From contig JAVZDR010000013.1 of NCBI GenBank assembly GCA_038873795.1, forward strand, positions 1 through 14,421: 14,421 nucleotides of DNA, read 5' to 3'. Made by a program: the position numbers and the translations under genes. The notes under the pieces are model-generated. The model was not told the DNA's origin and did not search any database. It saw nothing but the letters and a program-made list of their open reading frames with translations. Below are positions 14,382-14,421 of this stretch, one piece after another. How positions within the stretch are numbered: the first letter of the stretch is position 1; each line of letters begins with the position of its first letter. This stretch comes from Candidatus Micrarchaeaceae archaeon. GTDB lineage: Archaea > Micrarchaeota > Micrarchaeia > Micrarchaeales > CABMGC01.

Positions 14382-14421
14382 CTATGATATTTCTCTTTTC
14401 ATTTAAATACATAATCGAATT

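Noticed and set aside
1..14421. CRISPR array, tRNA genes, transposase or integrase genes
   Set aside because: No regularly spaced repeats, tRNA cloverleaf or recombinase motifs were seen by eye.

Overview
Archaeal chromosomal window, probably DPANN/Micrarchaeota-like. That assignment is inferred from the divergent archaeal ribosomal proteins, a stand-alone 5S rRNA and very tight gene packing. From left to right it holds: the 5' part of a TPR-AAA+ ATPase gene coupled to RNase HI (-), a divergent soluble GAF/PAS histidine kinase (+), a membrane-anchored glycoprotein (-), an endonuclease III-like glycosylase (+), 5S rRNA (-), an AT-rich ~1.15 kb insert with an orphan ORF, pyrH and hsp20 (+), a minus-strand fragment of the S10/spc ribosomal protein cluster (rnp1, S17, L14, L24, S4e, L5, S14, S8, L6, L32e, L19e, L18, S5) and an ankyrin-repeat gene (-). 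The three most unusual signals are as follows. (1) The insert between 5S and pyrH is bounded by an 11-bp direct repeat, contains an ~84-bp diverged direct repeat bracketing its ORF, and ends in a ~294-bp MITE-like segment with no transposase. (2) An unassigned ~130-nt multi-stem RNA-like structure lies between the ankyrin gene and rnp1. (3) rps17 appears to start at CTG, alongside several TTG starts in the ribosomal operon.
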